This document shows, piece after piece, positions 47,843 through 59,244 of a stretch of DNA of 64,000 nt. The notes under the pieces are model-generated. The model was not told where the DNA came from. It saw only the letters and a list, made by a program, of their open reading frames with translations, and ran no database searches. Positions within the stretch are counted from its first letter, which is position 1. Every line of letters starts with the position of its first letter. Source of the DNA: a virus. A program made the position numbers and the translations under genes. Location of the stretch: IMG/VR virus record IMGVR_UViG_3300024239_000017. One strand, 5' to 3'.

Positions 47843-48415
47843 TTATTTTACGTCTTTTTCATTTATTAATTGTTCTGCTCTAATACTTGATGCTAAGAAA
47901 TCTATAAACATTCTTATGGAAGTTAATATATTGTTTAACTCTTGGTATAATCCATAGGATATTGAAGCGTTGGCTATATATTCTTTATAACCGTCATCTA
48001 ATCCTACAATATCTCTCAATCCACTTGTTGACTTTGTTTTGAACAACTCTTGTACCGATTCGTCCTCTCTTAGCCTCTTCATAGATTCAGCTCTTACAGA
48101 AGTTTTTTCCTCCTCAAATAAGATTTTATTCTTATTTATTATATAACTAAACTGGTCTGATATGTCTCTATACAAGAAATTTAAATGTTTTCTTGCTTCC
48201 AACATGTCTTCTATTGTTTTCTCACTGCTGTTATAATTATCGGTAATTTCATTATACTCTTGTTTTTTTTCAGAAAAACTATCCCTAATTTTTATTAAAT
48301 TAGTATAACTTTCTGACAAGTGTAATGCCTCCAATATATCATTCAAAACCGTGAGTGCCTCTGTTTTAGAGGTACATCCTATAATTTTTGGAATAATGTC
48401 TTTTGCTTTACTCAT
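47843..48415 (-). CDS. hypothetical coiled-coil protein
   Basis: True start MSKAK at 48415, downstream of the promoter repeat. Confidence 0.7.
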   Translation of the reverse strand: MSKAKDIIPKIIGCTSKTEALTVLNDILEALHLSESYTNLIKIRDSFSEKKQEYNEITDNYNSSEKTIEDMLEARKHLNFLYRDISDQFSYIINKNKILFEEEKTSVRAESMKRLREDESVQELFKTKSTSGLRDIVGLDDGYKEYIANASISYGLYQELNNILTSIRMFIDFLASSIRAEQLINEKDVK

Positions 48416-48433
48416 ACTTTCTAATTTTATTTT

Positions 48434-48466
48434 GCAAACATACGAAAAATTTTTGACATATGCAAA
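48434..48466 (-). promoter_or_regulatory. conserved promoter repeat
   Basis: Same 33-mer as at 32501 and 37129; preceded by terminator hairpin AAGACATCTT...AAGATGTCTT-TTTT. Confidence 0.85.
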
Positions 48467-48483
48467 TAAAAAAGACATCTTTT

Positions 48484-48903
48484 TCAAGATGTCTTAATTT
48501 TCAATAAATGTTTAAAGTAACTATAAGGTATTGTACCTATTCCAGCTATTGTTAGTAATATGAATCTTACTACCCTAATTCCTTTTCCATTTTTTTCCAT
48601 ATTTTTAATATACTTTAAGTCAGATTTAAATTTCTTTACTATGTTTCTATTACTACCTGTTATATATTCGTAATCATGTAACATTGCATCTAAGTCCAAC
48701 TCTCCAAAATCTACTAAATCTTTTACTATTGTTGCGCCATCAAATTCAGATGGATGTGTAATAAAATAATTATAAGCATTCAAATATTCTTGAATATCTT
48801 TTGGATCTCTTCCTTTTATATAAAGAAGTACTTTTAAATATTTTCTATATTTTTCTAAAGTTTCTTTATCATTATAAAATGTATAATCTCTACTCCAAAA
48901 CAT
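48484..48903 (-). CDS. hypothetical protein (FDGAT...AMLHDYEY, DUF1353-like) with C-terminal TM segment
   Basis: Motif and position at the end of the tail operon. Confidence 0.6.
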   Translation of the reverse strand: MFWSRDYTFYNDKETLEKYRKYLKVLLYIKGRDPKDIQEYLNAYNYFITHPSEFDGATIVKDLVDFGELDLDAMLHDYEYITGSNRNIVKKFKSDLKYIKNMEKNGKGIRVVRFILLTIAGIGTIPYSYFKHLLKIKTS

Positions 48904-48905
48904 AA

Positions 48906-49385
48906 TTATTCATTATATATTATAAATTCTTCAGGTTTTAACCCAAATATACATACTCTTTTAGCCTCATCAGGTTCTTCTAGATTTATAAAATCAGTTC
49001 TAATATACATTAACAATGCATCTTTTTGTATTTCATAAAATTTATATGGAAACTCATTAGGTAGTATACTTTTACCTACTGCCTGAAATAACATATTCAT
49101 TTCTTGATCTGATTTTGTTAACATTTTTTCTCTAAGTGGAACTATTTCATCATATGTCTGACTTATATCGACATTTCCAAAAATAGGTTGACCGTTTTCG
49201 TCGTTCACACCTGTTTGGACATAATTAGTTACTGTTTTAGTTACCACATGTATTCCAAAATATTTTACATCTAAGTCCCAAGTACCATAATTTTGTGATA
49301 CTTTAAGGGTTACTTTTATCTTTCCTTTCTTTTGTAAAGGAGCATCAAATAATACTTCCTTTGTACTTATAATTGCTATTTCCAT
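48906..49385 (-). CDS. putative tail-associated protein
   Basis: Position after fibre genes. Confidence 0.55.
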   Translation of the reverse strand: MEIAIISTKEVLFDAPLQKKGKIKVTLKVSQNYGTWDLDVKYFGIHVVTKTVTNYVQTGVNDENGQPIFGNVDISQTYDEIVPLREKMLTKSDQEMNMLFQAVGKSILPNEFPYKFYEIQKDALLMYIRTDFINLEEPDEAKRVCIFGLKPEEFIIYNE

Positions 49386-49387
49386 AT

Positions 49388-50482
49388 TTAAAATTTATTA
49401 CGATATTTATTATAATCTGATGTTGGTAATGTACTTAGGTCTGTTGGTATATCATTACCTGTTAACATTACTAAAGGTGAATCTGTATTATATATTTCCA
49501 TTACTTTAGATGTAATTAAAGGTGCTATATATAAGTTACCATTAGGGGCTAACACTCCTCCTCCGTCCCATTTAATATTATTACCTGTTAAATTTAGTCC
49601 TATTGATCTATGGGTGTATGTATTTGGGTTAAATTCTAATACCTGTGTAACACCATTATTCCCATTTGTCAAATATAATAATCCGTTTTTACCTAATGAT
49701 ATTCCTGTATACTTATTATTTGATGTCGAAAAAACATTACCGACATATTGTGTAGTCATAGTTGTAGTATCCAACTCTAGGATATACGCATTATTAGTAT
49801 TATAAGGTGCAAAATATATTTTACCATTAGGTGCTAAGCAAGCACCGTACCAACTATCTGCCCCACTATACACGCTTCCTACTCTTTGAGTAGTATTTGT
49901 ATTTGGGTCTATTTCTAAAATCTGTGAATCACTACCTGGTGCACAATATATTTTACCATTATTACCTAAGACCCCACCTATCCATTTATATGTAAAGTTT
50001 CCACCATAAATACTTCCTATTAATTGTGTAGTCAATGTTGATGGATCTAACATCATTACTTGGTTAATATTGTAAGGTATAAAATATATTTTACCATTTG
50101 GAGCTAAGACGGCACCTCTCCATTTATGTACCGAAGTTGTTGAGTATACACTTCCAACTAATTGTGTAGTTAAAGTAGTTGGATCTAATTCTAAAACTTG
50201 AGTAGCTAATCTAGGTGCAAAATATATTTTTCCATTAGGTGCTAATACTCCTCCAAACCATTTACTACTTCCTGTTCCATAGTTAGTACCTACGTAACTT
50301 ATAGCATATGTTGAGGGGTTGAATTCCATCACCTGTGAGTTATTTGAAGGTGCAAAATATATTTTTCCATTAGGTGCTAATACTCCTCCGCTATATCTAA
50401 AACTTGTCTCTGTTATTGACGTACCAACTTCTTTTGAACCTGGTTCAATTACATATCTTCTTCCAAAAATTAAATGTCTCAT
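49388..50482 (-). CDS. beta-propeller repeat protein (putative tail/receptor-binding)
   Basis: Seven ~45-aa repeats W.GGVLAPNGKIYFAP. Confidence 0.8.
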   Translation of the reverse strand: MRHLIFGRRYVIEPGSKEVGTSITETSFRYSGGVLAPNGKIYFAPSNNSQVMEFNPSTYAISYVGTNYGTGSSKWFGGVLAPNGKIYFAPRLATQVLELDPTTLTTQLVGSVYSTTSVHKWRGAVLAPNGKIYFIPYNINQVMMLDPSTLTTQLIGSIYGGNFTYKWIGGVLGNNGKIYCAPGSDSQILEIDPNTNTTQRVGSVYSGADSWYGACLAPNGKIYFAPYNTNNAYILELDTTTMTTQYVGNVFSTSNNKYTGISLGKNGLLYLTNGNNGVTQVLEFNPNTYTHRSIGLNLTGNNIKWDGGGVLAPNGNLYIAPLITSKVMEIYNTDSPLVMLTGNDIPTDLSTLPTSDYNKYRNKF

Positions 50483-50485
50483 ATA

Positions 50486-53400
50486 TTATGTAGTTGAAAG
50501 TTCTCCTAATAAATTAAAATTGTTTATATCATTACTATACAATACCGCCATTTTATCTGCTTTTAGATATAAACCATTGGGTGCATTAAGTATTACACCA
50601 CCACTTACAAATGTTGCCATAAAAGCTCCTTTTACATAACAATTACATGAAAAATTAGTAGATATACCTGTTGGTACTGTTATTGTACATGTATTAACTA
50701 TGTGTAATATAGCATTATTATGTATATCAGATAATGTGATATTTCCTGTTATAGTTATAACTTTTAATGGTTTTTCAAAAGAGCTATATTTTGCTGTTAC
50801 TGCTTCACCAGTAATACTATCTAACATTACAATTTCGTCATTATTACTTGGAGTCATTTTAATAGATAATTGCGTATCTATAATTTCTCCTAAATTGGTC
50901 TCATTTAAAACATCTTGCTTTGTTTCCGCTACGTTGTCTACATATTGTCTTTGTGCATATATAAATTTATTTTCTGGTTGTACGGATGAGAAATCATAAC
51001 TACCAATACCCATACCATCTGAATTAATAGAAAAACTTTTAATTTCTCCTGATACTACATCGGTGTGTACTAAAGAAATACCTCCTTCTGTAAAACTTAA
51101 TGAAAAATAATTATCAGGATAATTTGCACCTTTAATCCAAAAATTATTATTTAATTCCATCAGTTCAATACCCCCAATAATGGGTTTTCCCTCTTCTGTT
51201 CCTGTAAGTGGTATGTAAGTATCATCTAATTTTGATAATGTTAATAATTTACCATCAATATATGTTTTTGTAAAACCATCTGTTTGATAACCGCTACCAT
51301 CTATTAATTTAGAATAATCAGAAGTTTCATTAAAAATAGTATTTATAAAATCTACATTTCTAATTGAGTCATTTATTGTAATATTTTTAAATTCTGAAAA
51401 CCCATTCATTTTAACAAATTGAATATACTTATTACCAATGTCATGGAATGTTAAATCTTTAATTATCGAATTATTTTCAATAATACATCCTGATAAAGCA
51501 TTTCCACCAAAATTATGGTCATTAGGATTTGTTCCTTCTGGGTTTACAATATTTCCAAAATCAATGTTTTGTATTTTTCCTGTAAATAATTTATTTGTAT
51601 GAATTCCAGATGAGTAAGAAGTTGCTGGAGAAATTCTTAATTTACAATTTGTTATTTCAGATTGTCTATCTAATTGATTTCCATAAATTCTACCATGACC
51701 TGTTAAAATATTATTATCAATTTTTCCATTTTGAACAAGTTGATTATTATAAATATTAGCTTCCGTATCTAAAGTGTTTCCGTTTATTGTTGAATAATAT
51801 TCTAACGTATGTCCAAATATTCTTGAACCATTCTTAATAGTATTATTATTGATTGAACAATTATTAATTAATTTATTTCCATAAATAGATTTTATAGTAC
51901 CATCTACTGTTTTACCTTCTTCTACAAAAGTATTATACTCAATTTTAGAGAAATTTTTTAATGTATTTTCTCTTATATATCCTGTTAAACTATTGACAGA
52001 TATATTACCATCATCATTATTATTTATACTAGAAGAATTTTCTAATATGTTACTTTTTATAGATAAATAATATTTATTGTCACTAATACTAGAACTAGTA
52101 ATAACAGTATTATATGACATTTCATCAAATTTTATTACATTATCTCTAATACCTGAATGTCTTTCAATAGTATTACTTATTATTCCTTTATAAGGATAAA
52201 ATATATTATTTCTAAAATAACTGTCTTTATTTATAACATTATTACTAAAAGTATTGAAATATTTAAAAACATTATTATTTACATAACTATTATTTAATAT
52301 AGTATTATTTTTTATATGAGAAAAGTTGATAGTATTATAACTAAAAGCAGAACTGTTTTCTATTCTATTCTCATAAAATGATATGCTGAAAAATTGATTT
52401 TGTATAAAAGACGAATTATTTAAAATAATATTATCTCTGAAAACTCCTACAAGATTACAGTTTTCTACAATTGAATCTAACATTAAATTGTTTTTACAAC
52501 CATTTTCAATATATTCTATTCCCCATTGAAAACTTTTTATAATATTAGCAAATGATATTAGTTCTTCTGATGTAGAAAATTGAAAATTATACTGTAAACT
52601 ATTATAAATATTATAGTTACTAATTTTTAATATATTACCAAATTTATTTTCTCTGTAAATAATTGTATCATTAATATAATCATACTCTATATTACATCTT
52701 TCAATAATATAATCAATATCATTTACTGGCACTAGTTCCCAATCCTCTGGATTCAAGTAATTATGAAGATCAAAAACATACTCTGTTTCCTCGTCTTGAT
52801 TATACCATAAATATTTATTATTACCTAAATCTCCAGAAATATTTCTCCATACTAATCCACCCCATATAACTTTGTCACCTATATTATAAATTGGTTCTAA
52901 TGGTTGACCACCATCTGGCTGTGACTCAGGTATCAAATTACCATCTTTATCTATACCATTTTCTAAGAATTTTCCTTTCCAGATACCTTGAAATACATCT
53001 GTCATATTATATTTTGGTACGTAAAATTCACCATATCCTTTTGTAGAAAGTTGATTATTAGATATTGCGGTTAAATAAACAGTGTCTGTTGGCTCATAAT
53101 ATTCATACCAACTTTCTATTTCAGTTATTTTATAAACGCTGTTTACTTTTAGTTGACTATTCTCTATTAAAATATCTAACTCACTTTTTGTAACTTCTAT
53201 AACATTTAATAAAGCATCTATTTCTTCCTTAGAATAAGTTTCTGTCTTATCATAATAGTTCAATATTATTTTCCATTCTTCTAAATTCTCTATATTAGAT
53301 CCGTCTACATTTAATTTACTATTTAAATAATTATTCAAATCCTCCTGTAATACATAATTTCCTACCAATTGATAGTTATTCTTGGTGAAATCCAGTAATT

Positions 53401-53497
53401 CATCTAATACTTTAGAAACCCTTTCTTTAGTGTTAGCATGTTTCTTGGTTTCTTTTCTGATTACGTCTATTAACTTTTTTATATCTATATATTCCAT
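50486..53497 (-). CDS. tail fibre/spike-like protein with Asn-rich beta-helix
   Basis: N-terminal ETKKHANTKERV.. and a long I.NN.L.N.S repeat region. Confidence 0.7.
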   Translation of the reverse strand: MEYIDIKKLIDVIRKETKKHANTKERVSKVLDELLDFTKNNYQLVGNYVLQEDLNNYLNSKLNVDGSNIENLEEWKIILNYYDKTETYSKEEIDALLNVIEVTKSELDILIENSQLKVNSVYKITEIESWYEYYEPTDTVYLTAISNNQLSTKGYGEFYVPKYNMTDVFQGIWKGKFLENGIDKDGNLIPESQPDGGQPLEPIYNIGDKVIWGGLVWRNISGDLGNNKYLWYNQDEETEYVFDLHNYLNPEDWELVPVNDIDYIIERCNIEYDYINDTIIYRENKFGNILKISNYNIYNSLQYNFQFSTSEELISFANIIKSFQWGIEYIENGCKNNLMLDSIVENCNLVGVFRDNIILNNSSFIQNQFFSISFYENRIENSSAFSYNTINFSHIKNNTILNNSYVNNNVFKYFNTFSNNVINKDSYFRNNIFYPYKGIISNTIERHSGIRDNVIKFDEMSYNTVITSSSISDNKYYLSIKSNILENSSSINNNDDGNISVNSLTGYIRENTLKNFSKIEYNTFVEEGKTVDGTIKSIYGNKLINNCSINNNTIKNGSRIFGHTLEYYSTINGNTLDTEANIYNNQLVQNGKIDNNILTGHGRIYGNQLDRQSEITNCKLRISPATSYSSGIHTNKLFTGKIQNIDFGNIVNPEGTNPNDHNFGGNALSGCIIENNSIIKDLTFHDIGNKYIQFVKMNGFSEFKNITINDSIRNVDFINTIFNETSDYSKLIDGSGYQTDGFTKTYIDGKLLTLSKLDDTYIPLTGTEEGKPIIGGIELMELNNNFWIKGANYPDNYFSLSFTEGGISLVHTDVVSGEIKSFSINSDGMGIGSYDFSSVQPENKFIYAQRQYVDNVAETKQDVLNETNLGEIIDTQLSIKMTPSNNDEIVMLDSITGEAVTAKYSSFEKPLKVITITGNITLSDIHNNAILHIVNTCTITVPTGISTNFSCNCYVKGAFMATFVSGGVILNAPNGLYLKADKMAVLYSNDINNFNLLGELSTT

Positions 53498-53733
53498 TAT
53501 TCAAAACTTATATCAAAACTTAAATCAAATATTTTATTATGGAAATGTGTATATTCTGATAAATACTGCATAAAATATATTTTATTATAATCAAAAAAAC
53601 ACGGATCTACATTAAAATTATTTTCTTCTTCTTTACAATTTTCTATACGGAGATAGTTATTATAATCTTCTTTTTGTTTTTTAGCACAATCACTATCTCC
53701 GCTGGTATTAAAATTTAATTTATTATTTTCCAT
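53497..53733 (-). CDS. small structural-module protein (C-terminal FDLSFDISFE)
   Basis: Packed ORF with an FDxxFDxxF tail. Confidence 0.6.
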   Translation of the reverse strand: MENNKLNFNTSGDSDCAKKQKEDYNNYLRIENCKEEENNFNVDPCFFDYNKIYFMQYLSEYTHFHNKIFDLSFDISFE

Positions 53734-56700
53734 TATTATCCTCATTAGGTATTAAATCAAATATATGATAAAAACTATTCTGTTGATTAAAAAATTCATA
53801 TGATTTTCTAGTCTCACCTAACGTATTGGCTGAACTCACTGTATAAGGATTTCTAAGTGAAGTAGCTTTTATTATACCGCTTACATATTTATTCATATCC
53901 TTATATTTACCACTTTGAACAGTTTCATCAATATCCCCAAATTTAACTATATTAGTCATATTTTTAAGGGTTGTTCCTAACATTATAGGATTTTGAACCG
54001 CTTCATAATAAGCCTGCCCTATACCGACATTACCTGAAAAAGTTTCATTAAGATTTCTCATAGACATATATGCCAATAATTGTAACATATAATTATCCTC
54101 TTCGTCATCGTCATCAGCTGCTTTTTTAAGTAAAATTGTTAATGCCAACATTGCAAATAATGTTGCGCTAATTGTCATAGACATTTTAACATTCTTTCTA
54201 GCAACCTCATCTAATTCATCATAAGAATCTTTAAGTTTCTTTTTATCTTTTATAAAATCTTTAAGTATTTTATACACATATTTATATGAGAATACCAATC
54301 CTTCTTCTTCACCGTCTATATCATATCTTCTTCTAGAAAACATGTTGCTGGTTGCCAATACTAACCATTTTTTAAGAGATAGTACAAATCCCCAAGAAGG
54401 GTCTCTACCTGCCGATCCTTCGTTATATTTGGCAATTTCCATTGTTGTAAGCTCTACAACATTTCTTATTGCTCCCATAACAAATACTTTATCTCTTTCA
54501 ATATCTCCTTCGTATCCTTTACTGTTTAAGAGACCCATGTTAAAACTACCATCGTCATTTATAAAATCATACATACTGTCCGATTCATATAAATCAAATT
54601 TAGCTTTAATATCTCCATCAGACATTGAAGGATTTTTTGTTTTTTCAGATATTGAAAACTCTCTCCAAGATTGAAATTTACCGTCTATAAGTCTATATTC
54701 CATTAGTTTACTTAAAGTAGACTGTGCTTGTAAAGGAAAGTTTGTTATAGACATCGCCGCAAATCCTGCTTGTGGTAACAATCTTAATACAGTATTATAT
54801 TGTGAGTTTGCATATCTATCTTCTATATTATATACCCCAAATGAGTACATTATTCTATTTATCTTTGCTTCTGGATTAAATTTACCTACGTCTTTTAGAG
54901 AGTCTGGAAACATTTTTGCAAGTGTTTTAGCAGCTCTTTTATTGGAGGTAGAATATATAGTTCTACCTGTCATTGACATTAATAAATTTTGAGTAAGACC
55001 ACTGGTAAAGTTTGTTATACCTACAATCGGTGAAAAAGCTAAAGACGTTTTAACACCTAGGTGTTTTAAACCTATTAAGAATTTAGATAAATCTATTACT
55101 CTATCTGAGCCTGGTAGTTTAAATTGAACTTTTGCTGGAGTTGTTTTACCATAAAAGTTAAAATCAAACATTTCGTCAATCATTTTGCCATAATTAGTAT
55201 CAGTAGGTTTTTTACCATTTTCAAATTCTAATGCCTCAAAACCCTGTTTCATAGCTACAGCATCTTGCCAATGTTTCTTTCTCTGATCTCTTAAATTTGC
55301 ATTATTTAATCTCCATACTAAACTATGAAATACATCGTTTGTTAATTCAGATTTGCCTAACTTGTAATACCCATATTTAGGAATTGTTTTTGATTTATAA
55401 TCAAACTCGTTATCATCTGGTCTGAAAGATAACTGTTCTGCAAAGTAATCCTTTACTTGATCCCATTTATTACCTTTGTTTACAAACGCAGAAGTTCTCT
55501 CATAATCTGTTATTCTCTGTTGAGGTCTAAGAAATATATATCTTTTATTTAATGCATCCTCTTTTTTAAGACCAAGTAGGTGAGCATCCATCATTAATAT
55601 ATATATATTTAAATCTTCTTTATTATTTAAAATATCAAAGCCTGTTTTATATTTTTCATCTACATTTGTAAATCCTGCCATTCTATGTAGAATATTATAC
55701 TTCTCTTCATCAGAAGTAGAATTAAAATACTCATCATATAAATCTTCTATTTTTTCTTCGAAAGGTACTGAAAATTTAAAAGACGGAGTTATTCTCATTA
55801 ATTTTAAAGGTTTACCGTTATATAATACTTCATCAGTATTAGAGTTAAGGTAATTTTCAATTAAAGCTTCTACATCTATCTTTCCACTTTTATAACTTCT
55901 TATAAAATCATCGTATTCGTTATTTGCGTCATATCTTTTATACCAAGAGGGTGAGTTCGTAATATAAAATGCCTTTAATATACCTTCTGATGTTTCTGGT
56001 AATCCTAAATTTCTAGCATTCTGTTTATAAGTCTGTATAAAAGATGTATTTTTATTATGTTTAATATCTCTTTTTAAGTTCGCCAAAGAACCTCCATATC
56101 TAGATACATTGAAGTTATTTCTATCTGAGAAAAATCTCTCTATTTCCTTAATTGAAGCCATTTCAAATGGTTTACCTATGATATTTTCAAAATACTCATT
56201 AAAAGCTTGATTAAATCTCAGTGAAGTTTCTCCGTTACCTCTTAAATATAATTCAGTAATATCATTTTTTTCAAATAATTTAGATATGTTATCCATCTGA
56301 TTACCATTATCATCAACGACATTTCCTCTAACTATGTTAGACATTTTATCCTCCAACTCTGTCATTATTTCTTTATCATGCAATGATATGCTTGCAATGT
56401 CTACTTCTTTATAATCATTTTTAAGTTTATACTTTCTAAGAATAAGCCTTTTTTGCATTGCTAATTCTTTATATCTTTTTTCTAGTATATTCATATGGAA
56501 CATGTCCATCATAGACGCCCCACTATTATAAAACCCTTTAAAATTTATTCCAGAAGTTCCGTCATTGCTTTCCCAATATTCATCTGTTGGTTCAAACATT
56601 AAAGAATTATCTAACCATTTTATTATTTCTTTTGTTTTTTCTGCTTTAGGTAAGCCTTTCTTATTAAGAGATTTTATAAAACTTCTATATTCGTTAGAGA

Positions 56701-59176
56701 AGTTATCTTTTATAGTATCTCTGCTTACAGATCCATTATTATTTAAATCAAGTATAGATATACTATTCCACTTCATATAATTAAAAGCCAATTCAGCTTC
56801 TTTTGAAGTATTTGAGCTATCATATAGAAATACTAATTCTTTATCGTCTGGTTCATTTTCCCCATAAAATAAAGTATGTCTAGGATTTATAGATACTACG
56901 TTACTCTTATCTATATTTTCCAAATTTTTAATATCTTTATAAAAATATACTTTGAAACCAGTTTTAAGTTCTCCTATTTGATTATATGGGTTAGAATCTT
57001 CTCTTCTTTGTTCCAACATTATAGTATCATCTGATCTTCTTCTTGACATATTTTTTTGAGCCCTGTAAAAATCAGAATTCCATATATCTCCTTTTATGTT
57101 TAAACTATCTAGTTTATTATTAAAGTTTATTAATCTGTCTTTTACTTTTTGATCTAACCATTTTTCATTTACTACTTTTTTATCATATAAATATAAATAT
57201 TTGTAATAATTTTCGTCCTTATCGCTAAGTTCTTTTATACCAAACTGTTGATACATATCAACATATTCTTCAAAACTCATTGATCCATATATGTCAGGAT
57301 ATACTTCTTTAAGTATTTCTAACTCAAAAGATCTAATATCATTTTCGATTTTTTCAGAGTCAATATCTGATTTAAAATAACTTCCTGATATAAAATTCTT
57401 TAATTTATTTATATGAGGAATTAACGGTAACATTTTCTCCTGCATGTCTTGCATAAACTTATGCACATATGTATTATTCAAACTAGCTATTATTACAGCG
57501 AGCTGTCTAACAAATAGATTCGATGCTTTAAAAGTATGTCCAAATAATCTTATAAATCCAGAAGTATCTGTTTGTAATCTTTTTATACCATACTCGGCAT
57601 TATTTACCATTTTTTTTATTTCTTCTTCGGATTTATTAGGTTCATATTTAGCTATCATTCTTTCTAATACAACTTCTTTATTATGTACTTGTTGTATATT
57701 ACTAAAGTTACCTTTTAATAATGTCAATTCTCTTAAAGCCTTTTCTCCCTTCTGAGTAATGTACTCTTTAAACCTACTTAATTCTTCTTTATTTTGTGGA
57801 GAAAACTGTGGGTTATTAATATCTAAATTATTAAAGAATGCCCATGCTCTACTAGCTATTTCCTCGGTACCTAAAAGTTGCTCTATAGTATACGCTAATT
57901 CTTGAGGTGTAATTTCCTCATCTGCTAACATACTAAGCTCTTTATTTGAGCTTATGGCTACAGAAATTATAGTATTGAATAATTGATCTACTTCTTTTTT
58001 TAATTCATCATCTAATATTACGTTATTAGGTGTTTTAACCAACTGCTCTATTCTTTTTAAAGTTGTATCATCTACAGAATACATTACAGATAACGTAGGG
58101 GACATATTTGGATTTAACTTACTTGAAAGTGTTTCATTATATAATCTATTATTTATATCTCTCGCCATCTCATTAATACTGTTATTTAAATCGGTATTAA
58201 ATTTAGATTTAACAAAGTTTATAAATCCTTTTAATATTTCTATAAGTTTATTATAGAAATTCATTTCTGTTTCAGTCTTACCTTCTGTTGTAAAATCACT
58301 TTTTATAGCATTAGATAACATTTTACCCAGTACTTCTTTTCTAACTGCCGTCTCTAATAAAGCAGGGTCTGTTATTTGTTTCGAATATATTTTTCTGTAC
58401 GAATCTGCAAACTCTATATATTCTTTTGTATTGTTTACTGTTTTTAGCATTCTAGATATTTCGTCTTGATTCCAAGATTCTATTACAAAATGCGAAAACT
58501 CTTCTGTCAAAGTATCTAATTCTATCTCACCTTTTGATAAAGCTACTATCTTTTGGTTTAAATCTATTAATGCTTTTGCGTTTGGTTCTACACCGAATTT
58601 TAATTTATAATTATTTTTATAAGACTCTATACTCGTAAAAGAAAATCCTAATTTTTTCATAAATGAAACAATCATATTAGATAACTGTTTCTCATCGTAT
58701 TTTACAGGTTTTTCCTTTACTGTTTTACTAAGTTCATTATATATTTCTACTGCCTCAATAACTACATTAGAAAGTTCAGGTAAATCTCTTGATGTACCCA
58801 TTTTAAAATCACCAAATGAAAATTCTAATCCATTTCTTTTAAATGAATTATATTCTGAAGTACTTAATAACTCTCTTTCTAAAATATCCGCTGCCATTTC
58901 GTCAACAGCCTTAAATGTATTATCAGATATTTGTTTTTCATCTAAATAACCATTTTTTATATATTTTTGAATCTTTCCATTTTGAGTACTTTCGTCAAAA
59001 ATAGGTACTTCTATTTTACTGTCAAACTCCTCTCTTTCATTTAAAAATCCTATATAATATGAGTTGGTAGTATTGTTTAATACCTCGTATAAAGAAGTGA
59101 ATATTTCTCCTTTATCTGAGGTATAAAATAATTTAGGTTCTCCAGTATTTTTATTTCTTATTGAACATTGTGACAT
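53723..59176 (-). CDS. very large virion/ejection-type protein with degenerate zincin motif
   Basis: 1817 aa; TLTEEFSHFVIE...KEVLGK; helical C-terminal region. Confidence 0.7.
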   Translation of the reverse strand: MSQCSIRNKNTGEPKLFYTSDKGEIFTSLYEVLNNTTNSYYIGFLNEREEFDSKIEVPIFDESTQNGKIQKYIKNGYLDEKQISDNTFKAVDEMAADILERELLSTSEYNSFKRNGLEFSFGDFKMGTSRDLPELSNVVIEAVEIYNELSKTVKEKPVKYDEKQLSNMIVSFMKKLGFSFTSIESYKNNYKLKFGVEPNAKALIDLNQKIVALSKGEIELDTLTEEFSHFVIESWNQDEISRMLKTVNNTKEYIEFADSYRKIYSKQITDPALLETAVRKEVLGKMLSNAIKSDFTTEGKTETEMNFYNKLIEILKGFINFVKSKFNTDLNNSINEMARDINNRLYNETLSSKLNPNMSPTLSVMYSVDDTTLKRIEQLVKTPNNVILDDELKKEVDQLFNTIISVAISSNKELSMLADEEITPQELAYTIEQLLGTEEIASRAWAFFNNLDINNPQFSPQNKEELSRFKEYITQKGEKALRELTLLKGNFSNIQQVHNKEVVLERMIAKYEPNKSEEEIKKMVNNAEYGIKRLQTDTSGFIRLFGHTFKASNLFVRQLAVIIASLNNTYVHKFMQDMQEKMLPLIPHINKLKNFISGSYFKSDIDSEKIENDIRSFELEILKEVYPDIYGSMSFEEYVDMYQQFGIKELSDKDENYYKYLYLYDKKVVNEKWLDQKVKDRLINFNNKLDSLNIKGDIWNSDFYRAQKNMSRRRSDDTIMLEQRREDSNPYNQIGELKTGFKVYFYKDIKNLENIDKSNVVSINPRHTLFYGENEPDDKELVFLYDSSNTSKEAELAFNYMKWNSISILDLNNNGSVSRDTIKDNFSNEYRSFIKSLNKKGLPKAEKTKEIIKWLDNSLMFEPTDEYWESNDGTSGINFKGFYNSGASMMDMFHMNILEKRYKELAMQKRLILRKYKLKNDYKEVDIASISLHDKEIMTELEDKMSNIVRGNVVDDNGNQMDNISKLFEKNDITELYLRGNGETSLRFNQAFNEYFENIIGKPFEMASIKEIERFFSDRNNFNVSRYGGSLANLKRDIKHNKNTSFIQTYKQNARNLGLPETSEGILKAFYITNSPSWYKRYDANNEYDDFIRSYKSGKIDVEALIENYLNSNTDEVLYNGKPLKLMRITPSFKFSVPFEEKIEDLYDEYFNSTSDEEKYNILHRMAGFTNVDEKYKTGFDILNNKEDLNIYILMMDAHLLGLKKEDALNKRYIFLRPQQRITDYERTSAFVNKGNKWDQVKDYFAEQLSFRPDDNEFDYKSKTIPKYGYYKLGKSELTNDVFHSLVWRLNNANLRDQRKKHWQDAVAMKQGFEALEFENGKKPTDTNYGKMIDEMFDFNFYGKTTPAKVQFKLPGSDRVIDLSKFLIGLKHLGVKTSLAFSPIVGITNFTSGLTQNLLMSMTGRTIYSTSNKRAAKTLAKMFPDSLKDVGKFNPEAKINRIMYSFGVYNIEDRYANSQYNTVLRLLPQAGFAAMSITNFPLQAQSTLSKLMEYRLIDGKFQSWREFSISEKTKNPSMSDGDIKAKFDLYESDSMYDFINDDGSFNMGLLNSKGYEGDIERDKVFVMGAIRNVVELTTMEIAKYNEGSAGRDPSWGFVLSLKKWLVLATSNMFSRRRYDIDGEEEGLVFSYKYVYKILKDFIKDKKKLKDSYDELDEVARKNVKMSMTISATLFAMLALTILLKKAADDDDEEDNYMLQLLAYMSMRNLNETFSGNVGIGQAYYEAVQNPIMLGTTLKNMTNIVKFGDIDETVQSGKYKDMNKYVSGIIKATSLRNPYTVSSANTLGETRKSYEFFNQQNSFYHIFDLIPNEDNNGK

Positions 59177-59195
59177 ATTTTCTTTTCTATTTATT

Positions 59196-59205
59196 GCAAA
59201 TATAT
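59196..59205 (-). promoter_or_regulatory. -7 promoter element TATATTTG
   Basis: TATATTTGC about 20 nt upstream of ATG 59176; no clear -33 TTTG. Confidence 0.5.
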
Positions 59206-59244
59206 AAATAATATTTGAAATATTAAAATATATTAATTATTAAA

